Shown piece by piece: positions 21,601-29,637 of a stretch of 64,000 nt of DNA (its first letter is position 1; every line of letters starts with the position of its first letter). Location: assembly GCA_045545295.1 (NCBI GenBank), contig JAZQAO010000027.1, positions 11,538 to 75,537 on the forward strand. Direction: 5' to 3'. A program made the position numbers and the translations under genes. Origin of the DNA: Clostridia bacterium (GTDB taxonomy: Bacteria; Bacillota; Clostridia; UMGS1883). Below the pieces are notes generated by a model, which did no database searches, was not told the DNA's origin, and worked only from the letters and a program-made list of their open reading frames with translations.

Positions 21601-23286
21601 TGCATAGGAGTTATCCCAGTTATAATACACATCCTGCATATAGAATCTGCGTGTACTGTCATCAAAAACTGCATTCGGTCCGATAAGACTTGCGGTTTTT
21701 GATGTCATATCAACACTGAAAAATCCTTCTTTACCGCTGTAATTTGCAATAAATTCTTTTGCTGTTTCATAATAGTCATTGCCGTTTTTTACATACACAT
21801 CGGTACTTACAAACTTTCCGTTTTCGTCAAATGCTGACATAAATTTACCGTTACTGTCAAACATTCTTCTGACAGACGGTGTGTTTACTATAACATTAAC
21901 ACCTCTCTTTAGAAGAGTGTCTGTCATTAATTTAAGATTATTACAGTAATTGTCAGTTCCGATGTCGTAGATTGTATCATTTATTCCAAGCTGGATAACT
22001 ACGTAATCACCGCTTTTCACATTATTAAGCGTGTTATTCCAGCCGTCATATTCAAGGTAAGTTGCAGTAGTTTTTCCCGATGATCCGTAGTTCACCACGC
22101 TTATATCTTCGAAGAAAAGTCCTGTCATCTGTCCTATACCTGCACGTGGAAAGTCACGCTCTGTATAGGTTTCCATTGTACTGTCACCGATAAGATAAAG
22201 TGCAGGATCTTTCTCATTTGTTTCCGAAACAAACACCTCTTCAAGAGGACTGATTTTTCTGTCTTTATCCCACACAAATATTTTAATCTGCCCCCCGTTT
22301 ACATCATCAGGGTTTTCAGAAAAAAGCATATTTACGTCTATAAATGCAGTTGTGTCTGCAAAGCTTTCCGCAGTAAAATCTGCGAAAGAGATTTTTTTCA
22401 GTTCTTTTTCCTTATTAAAATAAGCCACAACAAGCATTCCGTTTCCATCTGCGCCAGAGGACTTTTCTATCTGTATGCTCTTTAAAAGTCCGCCTGCTTG
22501 GGGAAAACCGGTATACACCGTGCCGTTTGAATAAATAATGTCCTTTATATTATAGGACCATTCCGTATCAGGTTCTGTAAGCTTTATGTCGTCCACATAA
22601 ACAAGCGACTCCGGGAGTGCACCTGTTGCAGATATTCTGAATTCACTCATAGATTTTCCCTTTATACTGTCAATTACAGAAGAATAAAGAAGCACACCGT
22701 CAAGGTAAGTTTCCCTTTTTCCCGTTTCTTTGTCAACAGTCATTTTAATAGTGTGCCACTTATCTTTTTCCACGATTTTTGTCTGTCCGTGGGAATAAAT
22801 TTGGGCACCTGCCGATGTGTTCGGTCTTATATATGAGTATATAAGAAAGCTTGCAGCATTTGAGCTATCAACCATACCTATTGTTATCGGCTCATTCGAT
22901 ACGGTACTGTTATAAAGTATTCCGCCTGAAGTCACCTCATCCGAAGGTATATAAAACCTGAAGCTACTTGTCAGCTGACCGCTTAAAAGTTCATTTACTG
23001 TTCCGAGATGCTCGTTTTTCGTTGTTGCACTTGCTGTGTGTTTATCAACAGCAAGCACCTTATTTTCCTCATTTTCAGGATCATTTGTCACATAAGGCAT
23101 CCACTGTGTAAAGCCACGTGACCTGAAATCCGTCCATTTTTCTGATGTTTCCGTCAGTAAAACGTCAGAAAGGCAGGCTGTGAAATCTTCTTTAAAGCTG
23201 ATTTTATCCTTTGCTGATGCCGAAAGCGTAAAAACGCCTGTAAGTATAAACATCACAGCAATTATTAAACAGTTTTTTAATTTCAT
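18679..23286 (-). CDS. Secreted multidomain enzyme: CE12/SGNH rhamnogalacturonan acetylesterase plus F5/8 domains plus PL11-like FG-GAP propeller
   Basis: Signal peptide; LYLIGDST, IQLGIND, DHTH SGNH motifs; C-terminal half highly similar to 23310..26909. Confidence 0.75.
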   Translation of the reverse strand: MKLKNCLIIAVMFILTGVFTLSASAKDKISFKEDFTACLSDVLLTETSEKWTDFRSRGFTQWMPYVTNDPENEENKVLAVDKHTASATTKNEHLGTVNELLSGQLTSSFRFYIPSDEVTSGGILYNSTVSNEPITIGMVDSSNAASFLIYSYIRPNTSAGAQIYSHGQTKIVEKDKWHTIKMTVDKETGKRETYLDGVLLYSSVIDSIKGKSMSEFRISATGALPESLVYVDDIKLTEPDTEWSYNIKDIIYSNGTVYTGFPQAGGLLKSIQIEKSSGADGNGMLVVAYFNKEKELKKISFADFTAESFADTTAFIDVNMLFSENPDDVNGGQIKIFVWDKDRKISPLEEVFVSETNEKDPALYLIGDSTMETYTERDFPRAGIGQMTGLFFEDISVVNYGSSGKTTATYLEYDGWNNTLNNVKSGDYVVIQLGINDTIYDIGTDNYCNNLKLMTDTLLKRGVNVIVNTPSVRRMFDSNGKFMSAFDENGKFVSTDVYVKNGNDYYETAKEFIANYSGKEGFFSVDMTSKTASLIGPNAVFDDSTRRFYMQDVYYNWDNSYASDPRAAESRYADKNSNNYKNCQTDHTHLTYYGATVYAKELAKGIKELDIPLSGYVTNLERPVIYPNGLAAEGVVTAIATNNAALSVTSEVSGREKAYLTDSNPQTYWQSSELPMAEDKGLSLMLDKVYSEDSDLMATYSFVPEKNILVFEEDVLVTDTAGEKALPYFFGSDGKIALTTVITDSKMVVTGSTIVSEVKPDTWYALKFVFNIPQRTCDVYVDGVLKLSNKSFREDADNISSIRYHISSGNSGQFYADNIKITRGDGGETVLDENFERYGAGDSLPSVWATVSEGSTACVEHYNPEERSKFPQSIVLDLKKTDYLQDIEIIFPHNRLYKFKAEVSKNGKNYAHIAVFDDKFYGGTVNFSLSPVAARFLRITFIDGDEGALASVSEIKVNSSAKTPEENLAFSARIKSSSASTGNDVRGVNDNIIACFDNIGEWRAAQNDASPWVQLSWDEEKNVDRVVIYPSVQPKDNLQKGILSFSDGSSIEVSDIPKSGKPLVVEFETKKVKYIRFTITKYEGTASLSEIQVYPEGEKPELIEYIEPWKVVTINEDYASKWLVSADIDNDGEVELISARSQTEQFNVDNHEVRTACAMELDGSLIWTWGTKGEGLTTMGADSACQVYDIDNDGVLEVLLCTRTELVILNAQTGKEEKRYPLPIGQSHPDQWATDCIVIANITGGDYPSDIIVKSRYYEAWAYTKDWELIWHISMPGGMKIGHQPLPVDIDYDGYDEVLVGYSLVNPDGSYRWIMDKNEYSSDLAAGHTDSVKILNLSKGIKAEDIRICLCLCGACDIVMIDGNGKRVWAEEDGMHYETILTGKLKKNSDEVLIVSNPNYSRWMNETGNQPIYIHDINGNLITKQFGFEWNRKPSIINWSGDEDWIYMPADGVMVDMNMKIKARTLAPVRGHDSAMAYNISRGDTVYNLDFNGDGRQDIANLTDEGGKVELYIYLNENGKIVADDIGSGYNVTFY

Positions 23287-23309
23287 AGCCTGCCCTCCTT
23301 TTTTAATTA

Positions 23310-26300
23310 TTAATAGAAACTTACATTATGTCCGCTACCGATTCCGTCGGCAACAATCTTTCCGTTTTCGTTAAGATAAATATAAAGCTCTACCTTTCCG
23401 CCTGAATCGGTAAGATTTGCAAGATCTGCTCTTCCGTCACCGTTAAAGTCAAGACGGAATGCCTTATCTCCACGCGGAACCATATAAGCCATAGCACTGT
23501 CGTGTCCACGGGTGGGAGCAAGAGTTCTTGCTTTGATATTCATATCAATATCCACAAGGAAACCGTCTGCCGGCGAGTAAATCCAATCTTCTTCACCGCA
23601 CCAGTTTATAACGCTGGGTTTTCTGTTCCATTCAAAGCCAAATCTGCCCTGAATAAGGTTCCCGTCCATATCGTGGATAAATATTGGCTGATTACCTGTC
23701 TGTGACATAAGGTGAGGCATATTGGGATTACTTACAACAAACAATTCTTCCGAGCCTTTACGAAGCTTTCCTGTAAGAATTGTTTCGTAATGAAGGCCGT
23801 CTTCTTCTGCCCATTTTCTTCTGCCGTTACCGTCAATCATTACGATATCGCAGGAACCGCACAGACAAAGGCATATACGAATATCCTCAGGTTTTAATCC
23901 CTTGTTGGGGAATGCTTTTATTTCGTGATTAAGCCTCTGTTTTAAAAGCGCAAGGTCATTTTCTGTAAGTGCACCGTCAGCATCTGTATCACCTGCTTTG
24001 AGCTGATATTCTGTTGCTTCTTTTCCGATAAGACTTTCAAGAAGCTTGGCATCGTTTTCGTTAAGAACACCGTTCTCGTCAACGTCACCCACTACATAAT
24101 AATTAAGCATTTTGATTGAATCGCAGTGGCTGTGTGATGCATCAAGGTCTGAAAGGTATTCATTCTTATCCATTATCCAGCGATAGCTTCCGTCGGGGTT
24201 AACAAGGCTGTAACCTACAATAACCTCATCATGTCCGTCGTTATCAATATCCACAGGAAGCGGATGGTGACCGATTTTCATTCCACCGGGCATACTTACA
24301 TGCCAGATAAGCTTCCAATCCTTTGTATAAGCCCAGGTTTCATAATATCTGCTCTTTATGATAATATCACTTGGATAGTCACCGCCTGTGATATTTGCAA
24401 CAAGGATACAGTCTGTCGCCCATTTTTCGGGATGGGACTCACCAACGGGAAGGGGATGACGTTTTTCCTCTTTACCGTTTCTTGCATCCAGAATAACAAG
24501 CTCTGTCTGAGTACAAAGAAGCACTTCCATGACACCATCATTATCTATATCGTGCACCTGAAAGGGAGAATCGGCACCCATAGTTGTAACGCCTTCTCCT
24601 TTATTACCCCATGTCCAGATAATACTGCCGTCAAGCTCCATTGCACAGGCTGCCCTTACTTCGTGATTATCTGAATCATAGTGATTATACTGGGTACGGC
24701 AACTCAAAAGCTCTGCCATTCCGTCATTGTCAATATCTGCAGCTACAGTCCATTTACTTGCCCAATCCTCATTGATAGTAACAACCTTCCACGGTTCGAT
24801 ATATTCAATTAGTTCAGGCTTTTCTCCTACGGGATATACCTGCATTTCGGAAAGTGCCGCTGCACCCTCGTATTCATCAATGGTAAACCTTACCCAATTT
24901 ACATTCTTTGCCTCAAAATCGAGAACAAGAGGCTTACCCGAAGCAGGAATATCCGTCACTATCATACTGCTTCCGTCACTGAAGGTAAGAGTACCTTTTT
25001 TAATGTTTTCTTCAAGAATTGCACTGTCGTGAAGAACGATTCTGTCAATGTTTTTATTCTCCGTCCATGCTAACTGCACCCAAGGTGCTTTATCATCTTC
25101 TGCCGGCCGCCACTCTCCGAAACGGGCAAATTTTGCAATTTCGTTATCTACTATACCACGTTCGTCATATTCGGAGTTAAGCTCACTTGACGCCTCTACC
25201 GTAGCAGTAAATGCCAGATTTTCCTCGGGAATACGTTTCTGCCACCAGGTGTTGAATTCACTCATAGTAGCGTGAACTCCGTCCTGACCGTCAGTGAAGG
25301 TAATACGGATATACTGTGCACTTACAGGAGAAAATGCAAACTTCACCGTTCCGCCGTAGTATCTTTCATCAAACTGTGCTATCTGTGAAAAACCTCTGCC
25401 GTTTCTTGAAATTTCCACGTCAAATTTGTAGGAATGTCCCTGAGGGAAAACAATTTCTGCTTGTTCAAGATAACCTATTCTCTTAAGGTCAAGAACTACT
25501 CTCTGGGGATATTTTGCGCCTTCCTTAAGTCTGTACTTTTCAACGCTGATAGCTCCTCCGCCGTTGGATGACCCCCAGCCGTCAAGCTTTGTTGTTCCTT
25601 CTGAATATGATTCAAAATCCTCTACAAATATAGGTTCACTGTCTTCGCTTCCAAGCTTTATAGACACGTTATCCACATAGAATGTGCCCGTTCTTCCGCT
25701 TGAAACATAGTACTGAATTTTGGAAATATCGCTTACCTCGTCACGGAAAGCCTTCTCTGTAAGCTTATGCACACCGTCAAGATAGATTTCACAGGTATGT
25801 GAACTGATATTCATTACATATTTAAGGTGATACCATCTGTCAGGCTGTACCTCGTTTACAAGGGTAGAACCCGTTGCCACCATTCTCTGTCCTGTTATAA
25901 CAGTTGAAAGAGCAATATCTCCGTCAGAGCTGTAGAAGTACGGAAGTGCCTTTTCACTGAGAGTTTCTGTAGTAAGAATATCCTGCTCCAGGATTACAAC
26001 ACTCTTTTCAGGAGCAAAGGAATACGATGCAACAGCTATGCTTCCTGCAGGATTTTCCTTGCTAATCATAAGGCTGAGTCCTTTGTCCTCAGGTTCCTCG
26101 GGAACACCTGCCTGCCAATAGGTCTGCGGATTATTGTCAAGGATTTTATCCGCAGTTTTATTCTCTGCCGTAAGCTCACTTGAAACAGTAACCTCTTCTT
26201 CACCGTTACGTGCACTTATCTCTATTCCTTCTTCAGGAAGCTCATAAGGAACAAAATCCCTTGCTTCCGGCACTGTAGATACCGTAACATTGCCTGAGCT

Positions 26301-26909
26301 TGTGGTTGCAACTCTGCGAAGCTGCATATTGGTGTTTATATAGATATCGTCAATACAGAGCTCGCCTTCTTTTCCTTCGTTAATGGTGTAAGTAACCGAA
26401 GTTATCTCACCTATAGAAGTCCAGAAGTTATTTGACAACTGCATTCCGTCAACATATACTGAAAAACTACCCTTTGAAAGGTCTGTTCTTACAGTAAGGT
26501 CAAACCATGTATTCTCGTTATACTGTGAAAGTGCTTTCCACTCTCCTGCACCGTACACATACACATTTCCGTCACTGATACCGATACGGATAACACCGTC
26601 TTTACCGCTTAAAGTTATCTCTGCACTTGCACTGCCTGAAAACTTAAGCTTCTGTGCTATATACGCTGCATTTGAACCAATTTTAAGATTTCCGATAACA
26701 GCTTCCGCCTTTTTGCCGTTATTTTTTAACGAAACACCATTTCCGGAATATCCCTGTGAAACCGTCACCGGGGCATTTTCACCGAATGCATTCTTTATCT
26801 GTTCCTGTGATTCAAAGTCATAGCTTATCACTGTATCTTCTGCGTAAGGAACAACGGGAAGCATCATAACGGTCATAAGGAAAGCAATTATTATTTTAAG
26901 TTTTTTCAT
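23310..26909 (-). CDS. Secreted multidomain protein: F5/8 domains plus PL11-like FG-GAP propeller with inserted dockerin
   Basis: Signal peptide; DIDNDG repeats; GHHPLPVDIDNDGHDE; GDVDENG...GDTDADG dockerin; paralogue of 1608..5288. Confidence 0.7.
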   Translation of the reverse strand: MKKLKIIIAFLMTVMMLPVVPYAEDTVISYDFESQEQIKNAFGENAPVTVSQGYSGNGVSLKNNGKKAEAVIGNLKIGSNAAYIAQKLKFSGSASAEITLSGKDGVIRIGISDGNVYVYGAGEWKALSQYNENTWFDLTVRTDLSKGSFSVYVDGMQLSNNFWTSIGEITSVTYTINEGKEGELCIDDIYINTNMQLRRVATTSSGNVTVSTVPEARDFVPYELPEEGIEISARNGEEEVTVSSELTAENKTADKILDNNPQTYWQAGVPEEPEDKGLSLMISKENPAGSIAVASYSFAPEKSVVILEQDILTTETLSEKALPYFYSSDGDIALSTVITGQRMVATGSTLVNEVQPDRWYHLKYVMNISSHTCEIYLDGVHKLTEKAFRDEVSDISKIQYYVSSGRTGTFYVDNVSIKLGSEDSEPIFVEDFESYSEGTTKLDGWGSSNGGGAISVEKYRLKEGAKYPQRVVLDLKRIGYLEQAEIVFPQGHSYKFDVEISRNGRGFSQIAQFDERYYGGTVKFAFSPVSAQYIRITFTDGQDGVHATMSEFNTWWQKRIPEENLAFTATVEASSELNSEYDERGIVDNEIAKFARFGEWRPAEDDKAPWVQLAWTENKNIDRIVLHDSAILEENIKKGTLTFSDGSSMIVTDIPASGKPLVLDFEAKNVNWVRFTIDEYEGAAALSEMQVYPVGEKPELIEYIEPWKVVTINEDWASKWTVAADIDNDGMAELLSCRTQYNHYDSDNHEVRAACAMELDGSIIWTWGNKGEGVTTMGADSPFQVHDIDNDGVMEVLLCTQTELVILDARNGKEEKRHPLPVGESHPEKWATDCILVANITGGDYPSDIIIKSRYYETWAYTKDWKLIWHVSMPGGMKIGHHPLPVDIDNDGHDEVIVGYSLVNPDGSYRWIMDKNEYLSDLDASHSHCDSIKMLNYYVVGDVDENGVLNENDAKLLESLIGKEATEYQLKAGDTDADGALTENDLALLKQRLNHEIKAFPNKGLKPEDIRICLCLCGSCDIVMIDGNGRRKWAEEDGLHYETILTGKLRKGSEELFVVSNPNMPHLMSQTGNQPIFIHDMDGNLIQGRFGFEWNRKPSVINWCGEEDWIYSPADGFLVDIDMNIKARTLAPTRGHDSAMAYMVPRGDKAFRLDFNGDGRADLANLTDSGGKVELYIYLNENGKIVADGIGSGHNVSFY

Positions 26910-26936
26910 AACACTCCACCTTTCTTACGACTTTAA

Positions 26937-29618
26937 TTATTCAAACACAAAGGCTTCTCTTGCATAATCAAAACGGCTGTTGAAAAGAACTCTGGAGCCG
27001 TCATATTCCCCTGTAAGATTTCCTTCACTGTCAAGGTACGCTGATGACGGAAGAATATCGTCAGGTTTACCAAGACGAATCTCTTTGTTTTCTGTGTTAA
27101 TCACATAAACAACGGGGGCTCTGTTAAGAGTGAACGCATAGGGAAGCGTATCTCCTCCACAGTAAATGCTTAAGTTGTTACCGTTTCTGCGATAAACAAT
27201 AGCATCAGTTGACCATACTGCAACCCATAATCCACCGCTTGAATGATTTTTCTTGTAATACAAAGGTGCATCGGGGCTGTTCTTTCTTACAATGCTTGAT
27301 GCATTCACATAAAGCTCACCATCCATATTGTACTTTGCATAAAGCACATCACCAAATCCGATAGCAGTGTTGTCTGTATTAACAATTTCTGACTTGAATT
27401 TTCCGCCTGACATATAACCCTGAATATGAGGTACCCAATCCCCATCTTCATTTTCTGCCATATAAAGCTTTTCCACAAGAATCAAATCGTCAGGACTTGT
27501 AAAACGTTCACTATAATCAGAAGTATCAGGCTGATACACCATAATTTTTGAAACAAGAGTATCGTCATTGTCGTAGAATTTCATACCTGTATATTTTTCT
27601 ACGTCTTCAAAGTAGCCTACATCTATCACTCTGCTCTTATCCCTGTCAGGCTCACCGTCTTTCATAGGCACATAGAAAATGGTGCTTGAAGAACCTATCC
27701 TGAACTGCGGATAGAACTGCTTTGACGCTTCAGCAGGCCCGAACGCCTTGCTGTACACCTTGAAATAGAACTCTTCATCTGCGGTGTAGTCAAGAGTAAA
27801 GTTGTCCTTATCATACATAAGAACACCGCTTGTACCGGGGCATACGATTTCCGTAACTTCGCCCTCTTTATTCTGACGGTACTTGATAAGCTGCGGCTCA
27901 AATGTACCTGCAGGACATAAATCCGTTCCGTTTATTAATTCTTTTGCAGAATCTCTCTCAGTATCTCCGTTTTTATGTGTAAACTTAATCTTATCGGTTG
28001 TTGTGAGAACTTCCTGTGTGCCGAGGGTGTTAAGTATAAGAACTTCCATTTTTTCTGACATTTTGCCAGATTCACCCTTTGCCATCAAAAAGCCGTACTT
28101 AAGCTCATTTTCCCCTGTCTTTTTAATGGTTGCGGCAATTTCACCGGTAACGTCAAAATAGAATTCACCGCTAAGTCCGGGAACTATTTCTTCTGTAATC
28201 TGCTTTGAATTAAGCTCTTTATATCCTTCAGAAACACGGTAGCTTCTGCCTGAAATCCATACATACCCGTCTTCGTCAATAGCTTCCACAGTTCCTGAAA
28301 TTCCGTTTGTACATACAACAGCTGTTATAATTTCACCGTCACGGCTTTTTGCAACTGATACAACATCCATGGAATTAATTTCAGAAATGGCTTCACTGCC
28401 TTTTCTTTCTCCGTTGGGGAAAATAATATCAATATATTTTTCCTGCAATGCACCAAGGTCAAGACGATTGTTGTAAATACCAAGGATTTTTTCACCGCTG
28501 ACACTGCTTACGGCAATGTTTTCAAAATCCCATACCAGAACAACATCTGCAATTTCGTCAAGGTCGTGGTCAATAATATCTACATAGCCTGTGGCAAAGT
28601 CAAAATCGTCTTTTTCAAAGTCGAAATCGTACTTGCCGTTATAAGCATAACAAAGCTCACTGTTTACACTGATAGATTTACTTTTCTGCCCTTCATTTTC
28701 ATACACAATATTTGTAAGATTAAAATCACTGCTGTCTGTAAGAAGTTCATTTCTCTTTATTCGCTTTACTGAATTTTTTTCTGACTCTGTAAGAAGAACA
28801 AGGTTTCCTTCGTTTTCGCTATTTCTGATAAAATATTTCACACGATAACCAAGCATACTGTCGTACTTATTGACGTCAACCTTTACAGTACGTCCATCGA
28901 CAACGGCATAACCTATGTCTGCACGAACATCCTTTGCAGCAGATTTTCCGTTAATCGCCCAGAGAACGCCTTCACCACATTCTGTTTCAAGATATGTTTC
29001 AAGATAGTCCTTTCCGTCGGGTTCAAAAATTGTGCTGTCACCGTAAGATACAGCCTTATACATCTCTACCCCTACAGCATTATAAAGCATACAAGCAACC
29101 TCGAAACGACTGATTGCTTCATTATAATTTACATTTATTCCTTCGAAAAGGTCAAGCTTATCTGCCTCGAGCATATATCCGTGTGGATATCCTCCAAGAG
29201 ACGACGCCTGAAGGTCATAGCCAAGAACGTGTACAAGAATTTTTGCTGCCTGAGCACCTGTTACAGGTGAAGAAGGCATAAATTTTCCTTCTCCGTCACC
29301 AACCATAATTCCCATACTGTACATAAGGCTTACCTGATCCTTTGCCCAATCGGGAACATCTGTAAACGGCATTTCGCTGCCACTCATTCCCTCCATTCCG
29401 ATAACACGTGAAATTACTGTTGCAAGCTGTGCACGTGTAATGGGAGAAGGCTTCACAGCATCTTCTGCTGTAAGTTCGGTGAAAAATCCGAATTCTTTCG
29501 CAAAATCAACTATTTTCTGTGCTTCCATTTCGCTCATTGTAACCGCTGCATCACCTTTAATTGTAAAGGTCGGAACGAGCATCAATACGCACATTAATAA
29601 CGATATTAGTTTTTTCAT
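26937..29618 (-). CDS. Surface protein with N-terminal SLH domains (~890 aa)
   Basis: ITRAQLA, FTDVPDWA, GKFMP, ISRFEVA SLH motifs; colinear with 5307..7970. Confidence 0.8.
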   Translation of the reverse strand: MKKLISLLMCVLMLVPTFTIKGDAAVTMSEMEAQKIVDFAKEFGFFTELTAEDAVKPSPITRAQLATVISRVIGMEGMSGSEMPFTDVPDWAKDQVSLMYSMGIMVGDGEGKFMPSSPVTGAQAAKILVHVLGYDLQASSLGGYPHGYMLEADKLDLFEGINVNYNEAISRFEVACMLYNAVGVEMYKAVSYGDSTIFEPDGKDYLETYLETECGEGVLWAINGKSAAKDVRADIGYAVVDGRTVKVDVNKYDSMLGYRVKYFIRNSENEGNLVLLTESEKNSVKRIKRNELLTDSSDFNLTNIVYENEGQKSKSISVNSELCYAYNGKYDFDFEKDDFDFATGYVDIIDHDLDEIADVVLVWDFENIAVSSVSGEKILGIYNNRLDLGALQEKYIDIIFPNGERKGSEAISEINSMDVVSVAKSRDGEIITAVVCTNGISGTVEAIDEDGYVWISGRSYRVSEGYKELNSKQITEEIVPGLSGEFYFDVTGEIAATIKKTGENELKYGFLMAKGESGKMSEKMEVLILNTLGTQEVLTTTDKIKFTHKNGDTERDSAKELINGTDLCPAGTFEPQLIKYRQNKEGEVTEIVCPGTSGVLMYDKDNFTLDYTADEEFYFKVYSKAFGPAEASKQFYPQFRIGSSSTIFYVPMKDGEPDRDKSRVIDVGYFEDVEKYTGMKFYDNDDTLVSKIMVYQPDTSDYSERFTSPDDLILVEKLYMAENEDGDWVPHIQGYMSGGKFKSEIVNTDNTAIGFGDVLYAKYNMDGELYVNASSIVRKNSPDAPLYYKKNHSSGGLWVAVWSTDAIVYRRNGNNLSIYCGGDTLPYAFTLNRAPVVYVINTENKEIRLGKPDDILPSSAYLDSEGNLTGEYDGSRVLFNSRFDYAREAFVFE

Positions 29619-29637
29619 TTATGATACTCCTTTCCTT

